In this document: in pieces, positions 51,380-64,000 of the stretch
Numbering within the stretch: position 1 is the first letter of the stretch
Layout: each line of letters starts with the position of its first letter
Assembly: GCA_977020255.1 (NCBI GenBank)
Contig: CDROCS010001088.1
Span: 62,001 to 126,000, forward strand
Origin: Obrimoposthia wandeli
Lineage: Eukaryota
Reading direction: 5' to 3'
DNA: 64,000 nt
Notes under the pieces: model-generated
What the model was told of the DNA's origin: nothing
What the model saw: only the letters and a program-made list of their open reading frames with translations
Database searches by the model: none
Program-made: the position numbers and the translations under genes

Positions 51380-52549
51380 CTGGAAACATATATGGTTGGC
51401 TATATGAAATATATATAGACGCAAACTTTGATATACAAAATATGAAGTGTATATTTTGCTATAAAATAGAAAGATTTTTAATATTTATGCTCCCTTTTCA
51501 ATTCAATCAGTAAAATTCTTCAAAAAACTTTTGCAATTTTAATTATTGTTTTTTTTGCTGTCAGGAATCTAAAGTTATTCAAACTACCACTCAAAAGTTA
51601 GGCATTAGTCGGACTTTGCTCACATAAACAATAAAAAAATCGCTAATTGCAAAAAAAATGCGATTACACTGATATTTTTTTGATTTATAAAATGAGATTT
51701 TAAAACATAATTATTAAATAAGTAATATATAGAAAAATAATTATAATAATTAAAAATATTATTAATAACAAAATAATTACAATATTAAAATAATTTTTTT
51801 AACTTTTAAAATAGTAGCATAATTTTAATAATTTACCAATTTATTATATGAAATTTTAATTAATTTATTAAAAGTTTTTTAATTTATAATTATTATTAAT
51901 TGTAATAAAATGGAATATTTTTTTATGGAGCTAATTATGTTTAATTATGACATATTTAGAAAGAATAATATGCAAACATGCAAAGAACTTCAGAAATATG
52001 GTATTGTTTAATATTTTAATTTGTCAAATATATATTTAATACTTAATTTTAATAATTTTATTTTAATATTCGTAACAATAATTTATTTACAAATACTCAG
52101 TAGTCTAAAATCTCAAAGAATATAATTTATAAACATGTAGGTCAGTAAATTAACGAAATTAACTGAAATTAAAAGCTGTTTTAATGATAAATATATTCAG
52201 CAAAAAATAATTATTTGTTAATTTTCTAAAATTCTACTTTGTCAAAGAAGAAATGTAACTTAGTTTCAGCAATCACATGACAATTAGAGTGTAATTATGT
52301 TACACAATTTTGTATGTCATCTCTGATAAAATGGTTTGAACAAATTTTAACAACAAAAAGTCAACTTGAATTTTTGTCTGACATAAAATATTTTTACAGA
52401 TTTGGAAATGCATTTTTCTGAAAGTGATATCAATTTATCAAATTTTAAGTAAAAAAATTAAATTGTAATTCAAAGTGTAAAAAACTTGTCATTTTTCATC
52501 GATAGCAACATAGTAAGTAGCATATAGTTTTGGTACGAACTCAAAGGAA

Positions 52550-53640
52550 CAAAGACCCCCACACTTGCAAATAAATTTGTAACAAAAACTTTACTAAATA
52601 AAAATTAGTTTTAGTTTAATAAATTTTACTTACAAATAAATTTAAAAATTAAAAAAATTACTTGTAATAAATAAAAAATTTATTATAATTTAAAAAACAA
52701 AAAAATTCTAAAAGAAGTATTAAACATTATAGTTTTAAAAAAATCATATAGATTTGAAAATAAATGTTAAACATTATAAAATGTTTAAACTTATAATTCT
52801 ATAATTTAGATTCGTTAGAATTTTTACAAAAACTTTTCAAAATTAAAATAATTTAAAATTTTTAAAAAATTTCCTACTTAAAAATAAATAAAACATATTT
52901 AAAAATTAAAAAAAAAACTTTCTCACAATAAATACAAAGATAAAAAACTAATTTATCATTAAATAAAAGAATTAAACATCATAGTTTTAAAATATAAAAT
53001 ATCGTATAGATTTTAAGTTAAATGTTAACCAATATATAAATGTTTAAACTTAAAGTTCAATAATTTAGATTCATTAGAAATATTTACAACAAAAAAAGAA
53101 GAAGTTATTAAAATCATTTTCAAAAACCTTTATACTTACAAATAAATAAACATATTTCATAATTTTGAAAAACTTTCTTACAATAAATATAAAGATAAAA
53201 AACTATTTAACATTAAATAAAAGTATTTAACATCATAGTTTAAAAATATATTTTATAAAAGTTAGATTTATATAGATTATAAATATTAATTTCAATAAAT
53301 TTTTTAAAATACATTTATAAATTAGATGTTTTACAATCGTTTGCAAATTATATTTATGAAAAAGAATAAATTTTTTAAAGAAAAAAAAAATTAATTCAAA
53401 AATTGAAAAATTCTAAAAAATACTGTATGATCATATTAAATTACATAAAACGATAAACTAGAAAAAATACATTTTAAAAATTTCTTACATTTTTAGAATT
53501 TGAAATTTATATAGAAATATAAAAATATAAAATATTTAAACTTATAATTTGATAATTTAGATTCGTTAGAATTTTACAAATCTTTTCTAAATAAATTTAA
53601 AAAAACATTTACACTTGCAAATACATTTGTTATTTACAAA
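52550..53640. repeat. Degenerate AT-rich tandem repeat, about 250-bp period
   Basis: Recurring blocks (aacat(c/t)atagttt(t)aaaa near 52722, 52976, 53229; ataatttagattc(g/a)ttaga near 52801, 53060, 53553). Confidence 0.6.
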
Positions 53641-54736
53641 GACATAAAAGATTAGTAAGAATAAAAGCTTTGCTTATGGTCATTTTATGATTCATGATCA
53701 CATGAATAAATGATTTTTATTACTTAATTATTCTTTCAAGATTAAAGGTTTATTATAAACAAAAGTAATATAAATATAATCTTTGCCAAAGGTGCTGCCC
53801 GCTCTTCGGATGGAGGGCTCCCGTCTTATGAGGCTCAGCAAGGGAGACTTTGGTCACTTAAAATCTACTTAATCTACTTTTGTTTTAAATGGTAAGATAT
53901 ATAGCGCCATATTTGAAAATGGTCTTGAAATCACGCATACAATACCAAAATGGTTTGGCAGTAAAGGGTCATCGAGGGGGATCTATTGCTTTGAGTTAGT
54001 ATGTGCGATTTTCAGACCAAATGTAGGTCAAGTCTCGAAATCCTGCATACAACACCAGACATGACTTGGTGTTGTATGCATGATTTTGATTCTTGATGAG
54101 TCAATTTAAGCCATTTTTAGACATTTTAACGACATTCTGTATAAAAATGACTTTAAATAGACATTTTAAACACTATATATTACTATAGTATCCATTAATC
54201 CGTATTTAAATATTCCAAAATTTTCCTAAGCACTTATCCAAAATCATCTCTAAATAAAAGACTGAAATCTTCTTCAATATTAAAATAATTTCCTTCAAAC
54301 ACATAATCAGGTATGTAAAATTCAAAAAATTATTGACCTGATCAAAATCAGATGTCAAAATTTCAATTAAATATTCATTTTCAACTTGATATTTCCACAG
54401 GAATCGCAACGCTTATAATTAGATGCTTTTTAATATTTTGCAAGGTTTCCCTTTAGAAAGGCTCTTCGGATAATAAAAATTTCATACATAACTCAGAAGA
54501 GGATCAATTCTAATTTTAAATAACTGATTATATAACACGTTTTTATAAAATATATTTAAACAAGATACAAATATTATGAAACGAAATAAAAAAATTAAAA
54601 CTGATTACAATTTATTACTTGAAAACATGCAGAAATATACAAATGAAAGAAAAATGGCAAAAATAAATTAACATAGAAGAAAATAAATTGAAATTGTTAA
54701 AAAAGTCCAAATCTCGCTTAAAACATAGATAAATTC

Positions 54737-56270
54737 TTGCTTCGAAAAAAGTCCAAAAAATTTCTTGGATATCAAATCGAAGAGAATTCAATGCACCTCG
54801 ATCCAGAAGGGTTAAAACCAATTACTGATTACCCATTACCAACCAATGCAAAGGAATTGCAAAGACTACGTGGACTCCTGAGCTATTACGCCAAATGGAT
54901 ACCATCATTTTCAGACAAAATCCAACCTCTTCTGAAAGCAACATTTCCTCTGCACCCGTCAGCAAAAACAGCACTCTTTCAATTTAAAAAGGAAATCTAA
55001 TCATCCACACTATCTCCAATCAAACTCAATATGCCGGGGAGTCATGCTGCAAGAAGATAAACATATTACATTCTTCTCAAGAACCCTGAACTCGAACGAA
55101 AAAAGATTATATTCAATTGACAAAGAAGCCATGGCGATCGTCGAAAGTGAGCGAAAATGGAGATCAATATTGATCACAAACCACTTTTCAATCAAAAACT
55201 GACCAAAAAGTGCTCTCGTTTATCTTCAATCAAAAGAGAAATGGAAAAAACTAAAAATGACAAAATTCTTCGATGGAGAATTGAGTTGTCCTTATATTCC
55301 TACGACGTAACACACATCCCAGGCGAACTCAATCTAGCTGCAGACGCAATGTACAGATGCAACGCTATCAAATCCAAAAGGGTTCTTGAAATCCATCAAG
55401 CGTTGGGCCACCCAGAAATTACGAGGCTCTGGCATTTCATCAGAAGTATAAGAACCTCCCATTCTCTATAAAGGAAGTCAGAAACGTTTGTTAAAATTTC
55501 CAAACATGCGCAATACTCAAACCACAATACTACCTACCCGAGATGTCACAGCTAATAAAATCGACGCGACCCTTTGAAAGATTGAGTATAGACTTCAAAG
55601 GACCGCTACCGCAATCCGGCCCTTACCGATACCTCTTAGTGATGATAGATGCATATTCTAGATTCCCGTTTGCCTACCCCTGCAAAAACATGGAAGCACA
55701 CACAGTAAAAACGTATCTCTTCAATCTCTTCTCCACATTCGGGTGGCCTTTTTCAATTCACACTGATTGAGGTACCCAATTTATGAGTCAAGAAGTCAAG
55801 GAATTCTTAACGAAGCACAACGTCGCCCAAACCCCAACAACACCATATCATCCAACAGGAAATGGTCAAGTAGATCGACTAAATGGGACACTCTGGAAAA
55901 CTATATTTTTAACTCTACACAGCAGAAAACAAACCCCATCTTCATGGAAAGAGGTTTTGCAAGAAGCGCTACATTCTATTCGATCGTTACTGTGCACCTC
56001 CACAAATTGCACTCCACACGAAAGACTTCTTAATCACGAAAGACATTGTCTGCATTCGGAAGAAGCCTGCCCACATGGCTAAACAAACCAGGAACCGTAC
56101 TTATAAGAAGACACGTAAAAGACAATAAATATGAGCCCTAGGTACAAAATGTCGATCTTATCGAGACTAATCAACAGTATGCCCAAATAAAAAACCAAAA
56201 CGGAAATGTAGACACGGTGTCAACTCAAGATCTTGCTACTCTTTTAAAATCCCTCGTTGCACAATAGAAA
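54737..56270 (+). mobile_element. Ty3/Gypsy pol fragment (RT C-terminus, RNase H, integrase), 5'-truncated and decayed
   Basis: FLGYQI...LQRLRGLLSYYAKWIP; KNDKILRWRIELS...NLAADAM; RPFERLSIDFKGPLP...IDAYSRFPFAYP...IHTD*GTQF...TTPYHPTGNGQVDRLNGT. Followed by agaaaag|TGTTAG at 56273, a possible PPT and LTR start. Confidence 0.92.
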
Positions 56271-57983
56271 AGTGTTAGTACAGTTGATTCTCGAGCTCCA
56301 CATCAATAGCTATGTTCTCGAAATGAGACATGATTAAATAACGATGAGATCTCTCCTTATATACTCCAGCATTTCACTAGAAAGAGTTGAGATATCAAGT
56401 GTTCATCTTTCAATAATAGTGTTGGATTCACATAATCTTTTTCATTTATTTTAGTATTTTGTTAAAAATTTCCTCTGTGCTTGCGCGTGTATGTCATGGG
56501 GGCAGAAATATTTTATAGAAAACGATTGCAACTTTGGATGTAGAAGGATATAATTACTTAAAATGCAAATGTATGGACGGTCAAAAGGCGCGAAAAATAA
56601 ATTTCGCAACTCATACCATATAATTAGGCTTTAAGTTAGTGTTTATAAATACTTCCCTTAGATATTGCCTAGATACTGCACAAGAGAAAAATACATGAAT
56701 CTATTTTTAAACGTGTTAAAGTTTCAGTTTATCCAAATCTGAAAAAGAAAGTTCGCAAAATGTGTGATGAAGTTCAACTACTGATCGTGTTCTATTTGAT
56801 TTTGAGTTAAAATCCGTTTCTCATTATCTAGTCGTGTCATTAGTTTCAGATTTCCCAATTTTCTTAGTTAAACTGAAGTTTAATTTAGCTCAGATATTAT
56901 CAGTATTTAAAAAATATCCATATACGGAAATTTATTATTTGAGAAAGGAATTGCGATGAGTCTATCAAATAAGTATAATATTCATATACTGTGCTTTATA
57001 ATATATAATTTGAGGAATATCGTTTACGTTACACATCCATTTGTCAAGGTTGGCAATTGATTGGCTCATGTTTTGAATATAAATTAACCATTAAAACTAA
57101 ATTATAAATGAATAGAATATATAAATCAAAATAATTTTCTTCAATCTCCATAATAACCAAAACTATTATCTTTGAGCAACTGGCAGCTTTAAAAATAGAA
57201 TATCACAAAATCATTTCCCAATCTGATTCAACACAACAAAGTATGACAAGCATAGATTATGTTTTCCTAAAGACTCGGGATTTTGGATGGCTTCCTCTTT
57301 AACAGAAAAGTTACATTATTTATAAAATAGTTAGGGACATAGAACGAAGATCATTTATATTCGCACATAAGGGGAAAATTATTATTTCAAATACTTTTAA
57401 TATTTGCTTTGGAGAATAATTACAACACGCTGATCCCTATTCTGCGGAAACTGGGATCATCTTTGCCACCAATTGGTAATGAAGAGTTTAACAATCATGT
57501 GCAACATTCAATTCAACCCGTAAAGATACATCCAGGGACAACCTAAACCCAACTTCAACTCTTCGAAATGTGCTTTAAAATGGTCCCCACAGGCAGAACC
57601 TATGCATCAATCATCCCTATATTATCAAACTTAAAATAGCTAACAAATATATTGAATTAATTTACTGCCCTAGGTGGACTTTACGTTTTACGATAATCCA
57701 ACTAATATCCAATGATAACTATGTATTTAATGTAAACAATCGATATCATCGATGATCGATAATAATTATTGACTAACTTGTCGAGTGTTTACAATAATGG
57801 CCGAGCCATTATGCCAAATATATTAATCGAGCTCTGTTTCAGCTGACCTATGGTCTTTGGTTCACTCTCACTTCATTCACTCGTGGAATATTTACTGCAC
57901 AAACACCTCATGTACCGTTATGTATCGTTACAATATTCGTATTATTAAATCTTTATCGTGAATTTGTCTTCACTACTGTCGAC

Positions 57984-60683
57984 ATTTTAGCATCTTATTA
58001 TTATTTTAATACCCTAAAACAAACAATGTTACGGAAGTAATGAGAAACGGAATTCAGCTACTCAGAAATCATTTCTACAATAACTTTTTCTGATAAAAAT
58101 GATATAAAAAAAATTTCCCCAACAAAAACAAACTGTACGTCAATTTACAAAACAAGTGGATTTGCTGATATCTAATCAGAAGGGCTGGGATTGTCTGTAC
58201 TTACAAAACTGACGTCAAAAAACAGATAGATAATCATTAGGCTAAATAATAACGGAAGAAGCTTCAGCCTAACCAATAAATGTCTGTGACTAAAGCACTT
58301 TCAATTAGTCTTCAGATATTTTCGTTCTTGCTTAGTGACTAATGTGACCTGTGATGTGGGTTGTCTGAAAATATGGTTCAGTTAATATCGTTTTTACTCG
58401 ATTTTCTACGAATACAATTTGATATTTATTAAAACATTTACAGAGAGTTAGAAAAATAAAATACAATTATAAATGTAAACTAAATTATTTTTTATTATGA
58501 TTTACTATTTTCAATGATCAATTAATCACTCTTACGCGTTCAAGAGCGGATAAAGGAAAAGTCGCGTACTTAAAATATTCTTACTATGACAAAGAACTCT
58601 CTTGAAAAACATCTCTTCATTCATACAAAGAATTTTGCCGTTTATTTTAAAACAAACTTTCTTAAAAAAGTGGTTTTGTTTAATACACTCATGAATTGTA
58701 TATACATTTATATTCATATATTTTCAAAAGACACACTGGCTTGGTAGTTTACTAGATATGAATATATTTTTTAATATTGCAAACTCGCTGGGCTTTTGTT
58801 CCTAATTGTAACATAATTAATATATTTTTTAATAAATAAAAATACAAGATAAATACACACATTAAAAAATTCATTCAATTAAGACAATATTGATTCTACA
58901 AATTTTTTCATAGTTTGATTTTGTTAAGTATTTTAAAAAAATCTCGAAAAAGTGGCATACCTTCGACTTTAAACTTTCTATATTATCAAATGACGATGAC
59001 GATGATTGCTTGAAAAAATGACTATCAGTTTCAAGAATACCGGTGAGTATGAAGAGGTCAAAAGACTTCATACTTCAAGTTCCTTAATTTCTTCTGCGTT
59101 AGAATCGAAACATATGGTCCGGAATTATCGTGGGTTAAAATGGGTTTTCTCTGATTAGCTAAAATGGATTGTTTTAATAATAATTTTAGAAACGCACTTA
59201 AGCGTACCGAATTTCATTGTCTGATGACTGCTGATGTGTGTGCGGCACAGGAGTTATTAGCCATATGGCAGCAAAGATTGAATTGTTGCGTTGGTATCTG
59301 AAAATAAATTGTGTTAAACTGCAATGAGGACTATAAATGTTTGTGCTAAAAAAACATGTGAGCTAGTTTTTGACTCATTGTAATGGTAATTTTTAAAATT
59401 GATTATGTTAATTAATTGTTTTGTTACAAAGCAAAGAAGTTTTCCCAATAATCTTTGAAATCATTTATCATTTCGGTGCATTATGTGTCTGAATTAATTG
59501 TTTCACATGCTTTCAAAAAGCTGTAGTTTATAATACCCGTCAAAGATTTCTGAACAATTATAACGTGTTTTGGTGGAATGATGGTTTTGGTATTGCTTAT
59601 GTGGCTTCATCCGCTTCATTCAACTGATGTGAACGTCTCCTATTCTTGTACTTTATCAAATTTTCATCATTAGTTATCAAACATTTCATAAACCTACATT
59701 TATTTTGACTAAATAATAATGAACAAATCGTATTTTTGTTGAATATCTTTTAATTCATGAGGTATCCATTTTTTAACTTTTTCAGTTTATTAATTGCAGG
59801 CAAATGTCTGACAATGATTAAATAGTCATACACATAAACAGCTTGCTTCTAGTCCTTTTTTTATATATATTATAATAAGTGCTCCTCTATCTATTATCAA
59901 TTACATACTTCCAAATTATTAAAAACTTCAACAAATGCTATATTTATATTTCTGAATGCTGTGTGACTAAGTTACATTCTGAGTTCTTTTCTAATAAAAA
60001 ACAGCTTATTTTACATATCATGTAAATTTAAATGAATAATGCGGATACAAAATGTGATTCATTAAAAATAGTATAACGATGCATTGACATTCTGACATTG
60101 AAAACGAACCTGATTGAGCAATCGCTTAATACTAAACCCTTAAATGTTACTCATAAACGAAAATATAGAAAAAATTATACATGAAATCTACTTGAATATT
60201 CAAAAATTATTTTCTTGTAATAATTTTCCAAATTTAATTAAACAGTCAACCCTAATTGAAATTGCTGCATCTGCTACTGGTGTTTCAACATTTTAGAATC
60301 ACCTTAAATTTAATTACACTGTGACAAATAATAATATTTTATTTTTCTCTATAAGTGAAATAGCATATTTTTAGTCTAACTGTGTTTACAAAAATGTTTC
60401 AAAAAAAGAAATGTCAAGATTTTGAGATTTTGACATGGTCAGAAAACACACTTTTTAAACAAAAGAACGAATTATATATATATATCTATATCTATATATA
60501 TATATATATATATATCTATGAAACAGTATATTTAGTTATGACAATTAATTATAATATTAAATATGTAACGAGAACATGAAATGCTTGTATTGGTTTCTAA
60601 TAGATTCATGTAATAGATTCTATTATTGCAAACGTGAGCCAAGAATTTTAGCATCTTATTATTATTTTAATACCCTAAAACAA
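57984..60683. repeat. Exact 39-bp direct repeat pair (57984-58022 and 60645-60683)
   Basis: attttagcatcttattattattttaataccctaaaacaa occurs twice, 2661 bp apart. Confidence 0.85.
60473..60519. repeat. (TA)n microsatellite with TC interruptions
   Basis: Directly visible. Confidence 0.9.
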
Positions 60684-62844
60684 TTATTATTTTAATACCC
60701 TATGTATATCCAAACCTGACCTCGATTTCATGAATTATTCTAATTTTGTATTTAGTTCTATTTTGTCTAGTTCTACAAAATACAAAAATTAATCATCCAA
60801 TTTGAATATTTTTTTACACCACTCATTTAAATCCATGGCCTGTCTTGAATACCTTATATCTGTTTCACCAATGTTCTCAAACAACATCGAATTTGCATTG
60901 CATCGATTCTTCTTCGAAAGCCGAATATAAATCAGTACACATTGAATAATATAAACTATGCCTCGCAAATTATGAGAAAAATATTCGATTACTCCTATTA
61001 AAAGTTCAATTCAACTAACAAAATAGGAAAAAGTATTTTTGTAAACTCAAACGAGGTAAATGAGGTAATTGAACTTTTAGAATTTATTTAGTTAAATACA
61101 GATTTTGAAACATTATTAAAATAGAAATGTATTACTTTTAATAAATAGTAGACTGTAAATGGATAAAAGTGCCTTTCAAATATTTTCGAATAAAATTGTT
61201 TTACATTTTCAATTCTGTATATTTAGGTTTTTTAAATTGGTGAATAAAATGTAACATCCGTTTTAATTATTGACAATATGTATAACGTTTATATGAAAGG
61301 AATACATTTTCAGCTGCATGTTGCCAGAGAAACTCTAAAATTTGTGAAGAAGCATTTACAATGATTAATTCATTTAAAAAAAAGACAGAATTAGCAGATC
61401 TTTTCACTTAATAAATTTTTCGGTTACAACAATAATTTCAAAAAATGACGTTAAAATGCACAAGGAAAAATTCATAAGAAACCGAAGAAATAATTGAGAG
61501 CCGTCACACGTAGGAAAATACAAAATTTATGTATGACACATATTTTTTCATTGTAAAATCGTAAACATTTGAGTCACTGTACTGATTGTTACTGGCCTGA
61601 TATATTTTTATGAGGCAATTTGAATTATGGAGTTTTCGAATAGAAACAAAACTACTATTAAAAACTTTATGTCTGAATTTTTAAAATCGACCTACTTGGC
61701 GTTTAGACGATAGTTAACCAATGGCATTTTTGTAATAAATACTGGTCGTTGTAGTAGCGGTATCAAAGAAAGGTTGAGTAACGCAAATTAGAGTTTTTGA
61801 TTATTTGTGATTTATTGAATCGAGGCAGGTGCAGCTGTAAGACATATTATCTTAAGAAATCATGCGGTAGAGATTTACTTAATAGGTGTAACAATTCTAA
61901 ATCTACACATCACTTTTGATGAATTAAATTGATTTTATTTATTTCGTATTTGAACATGTCAGAGATTTAGAAATTTAATATAGTTAGTCCTTTTTGGAAA
62001 ATTAACATTTCCGTTATCTCGACGTATTTAAATACCAAGTCATTCTAGTACAAACTTTTACAGTTTCATATACAAATACGCATACTTATTCAGTAAAATA
62101 CCAGACTGTCTATGTTTAACAATTGGCTTTCCAAATATTCTACCTTACAGTTATTTTGATATAAGCAATCTCCCAAATACAGAAATACTAATATAGAAAT
62201 TTCTGTTACTAATAAGATTGTATCATTTTGGGGATATCATAAATACATAGCTCGGTACATTGATAAACTATAAATATATATGAAGTGTAATTGGGATCAA
62301 CCGTTTCAGTAATTCACAAAAAAGAAAACAAAAAATAAACATATTTAATACGTCATTAGCGATTTTGATACCCATTAAGTCGATCACCATATGTTTTGAT
62401 ACGTAAGAGCATAAATCATAAGACATAGTAATTCTTTAATTCTTTATTGCTTTAAAAAACATTAACATCACAATCTTCATAAAATCGATTTATTTAAACT
62501 TCCATAACTACAAACTTTTATATTCTTTTTACAGGCTACCAACCACCTTGGTAAAACAACTTACTTTCTTTATTACCTCTTCAATTTATATAAAACCTTC
62601 ATCACTACTCTCACTACCCACCCATCGTCGCCATTTCATTGCTCCTATTCAATTTATTTTATTAATAATATTTTACTGTATTTTGGTATTCTATTCTGCT
62701 AATAATAATTAATTTTTCAACACCATATGATAATTGTAGTAATTGTAAAATGGTTCGGATTTCAAGGTATTATCGGAACTACTGTTGTTCATTTTTAATC
62801 ATTTAAAACTCAGACAAGTAAAGTAAAAATACAATAGCATTTTT

Positions 62845-62940
62845 AAAATGAGGTAAAGTAAAGTAAAGTTTTCAAGCTATTTGCAAAAATGAGGTAAAGT
62901 AAAGTTTTCATGCTATTTGCAAAAATGAGGTAAAGTAAAA
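62845..62940. repeat. About 35-bp tandem repeat, about 2.5 copies
   Basis: aaaatgaggtaaagtaaagttttca(a/t)gctatttgc repeated. Confidence 0.8.
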
Positions 62941-62999
62941 TTGAAGTCAACGTAAATATGAATATTTAATTTGCAATTTACATATTTTTGCGTATTTTT

Positions 63000-63450
63000 T
63001 GTATTTAAATCTTCTAAGAATGGAAACTGCGTGCTTATGATACTTCTATATCGATCTCCAGCGTTTGATATTGTTAATCATGAAATATTATTAAAAATTT
63101 GGAAAGTATTCATATCAATGCTAAGGAGCAAGATTGGTTTAAAAGTTATTTACTTTTGCACAAACTATTATAATTACTGACACTATCTCAAATCCTGAAT
63201 ACTTAAAATGCATTCCTTAGTGTTTAATTTTTGGTTCAATTCTATTTTTGATTTTTGATTTAGTCATTACTAAAAAAATAAAATATTCATTTCCATCTTT
63301 ATAATGATGAAACACAACCTTGTGTTGACTTTGATTCCAATCACCATACATATCATTGTTTGAAGTGGATAATTATATTAATCAAATAGCTATTTGGATG
63401 AAATCAAGACAATTGATGAGAGATGAAATGCAACTGTGGCCATATTATTT
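63000..63450 (+). pseudogene. LINE RT remnant, same family as 47280-48130
   Basis: SPAFDIVNHEILL (cf. LSAAFDTVNHxILL) and NQIAIWMKSRQL, identical to the peptide in the 47.9-kb copy. Confidence 0.75.
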
Positions 63451-64000
63451 GGATCATAAAATTTTTAAAATAATACAAGAAATAGCGTCATACATTTTGG
63501 TGAAAATATTATTAATTTTAAAACGAAAATAAAGAATATTGATTAAGTACTCGATAAAATATAACAATGATTTGTTAAATTAATAGAGTGATAAGAATAA
63601 GCAACAATTTTTCTTTTTCCAATAATAGAGTATCTTACTACTAAGATAACTACAATGCTAACGCATGCAATTATGAAATTGACATAAATTTCAAAATTCC
63701 TTATTGTTTAATATTCCAGCTTACCAATAAAATCGATTGCACAAACTTTTAAACAAAGATGTCTGAACTATATTCAAATTAAATAAAAGTTCTAGTAGAA
63801 GTGTTTTTCTGTGTAAGCATTAATATCCATTATATCATTTTCCTCCTCAAGACACACATATGTATGGTCTCTTACTGGTATACATACTTTTATTCTACTG
63901 CACAGGCCACACACACAACAATGGCCAAAAAAGGTCTAGAGAATTTGGGTGGGCAATCTTGAAAAAATTAATTCCATGTATCTACTAGAACCAAGAGACA

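Noticed and set aside
56273-56500. Complete 3' LTR of the Gypsy fragment
   Set aside because: The start is plausible (purine run plus TGTTAG), but there is no second copy, clear CA end or TSD to define it.
1-64000. Most remaining 60-110 aa ORF-track entries, tRNA/rRNA genes and prokaryotic features
   Set aside because: The ORFs are low-complexity AT-rich frames or antisense shadows of transposon ORFs; no cloverleaf or rRNA-like sequence was seen.

Overview
AT-rich (about 70% AT by eye), repeat-dense animal genomic DNA; the species cannot be named from the sequence. The one convincing host coding feature is the first coding exon of a Frizzled-type CRD gene on the minus strand (16286-16606). 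It encodes a signal peptide, a long basic/Pro-Gly linker and the first two CRD cysteines, and ends at a GTAAG donor. I found no second CRD exon in the window, so the gene probably continues off the left edge. The rest is mostly transposon debris: mariner/Tc1, hAT and pogo MITEs, a truncated BEL/Pao element, a Ty3/Gypsy pol fragment and LINE remnants. There are also five members of one long-LTR family. Three are complete solo LTRs with perfect 4-bp TSDs, and one of these carries a 64-bp x about 34.5 satellite. The most unusual feature is not in the ORF track: a compact, intronless, virus-like cassette at about 24050-26394. It has two decayed RING-H2 genes on the minus strand and two novel ORFs on the plus strand, and lies between an LTR and the BEL remnant. 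It could be cargo of a giant retroelement or an endogenous DNA-virus fragment. No rRNA, tRNA or CRISPR features were seen.
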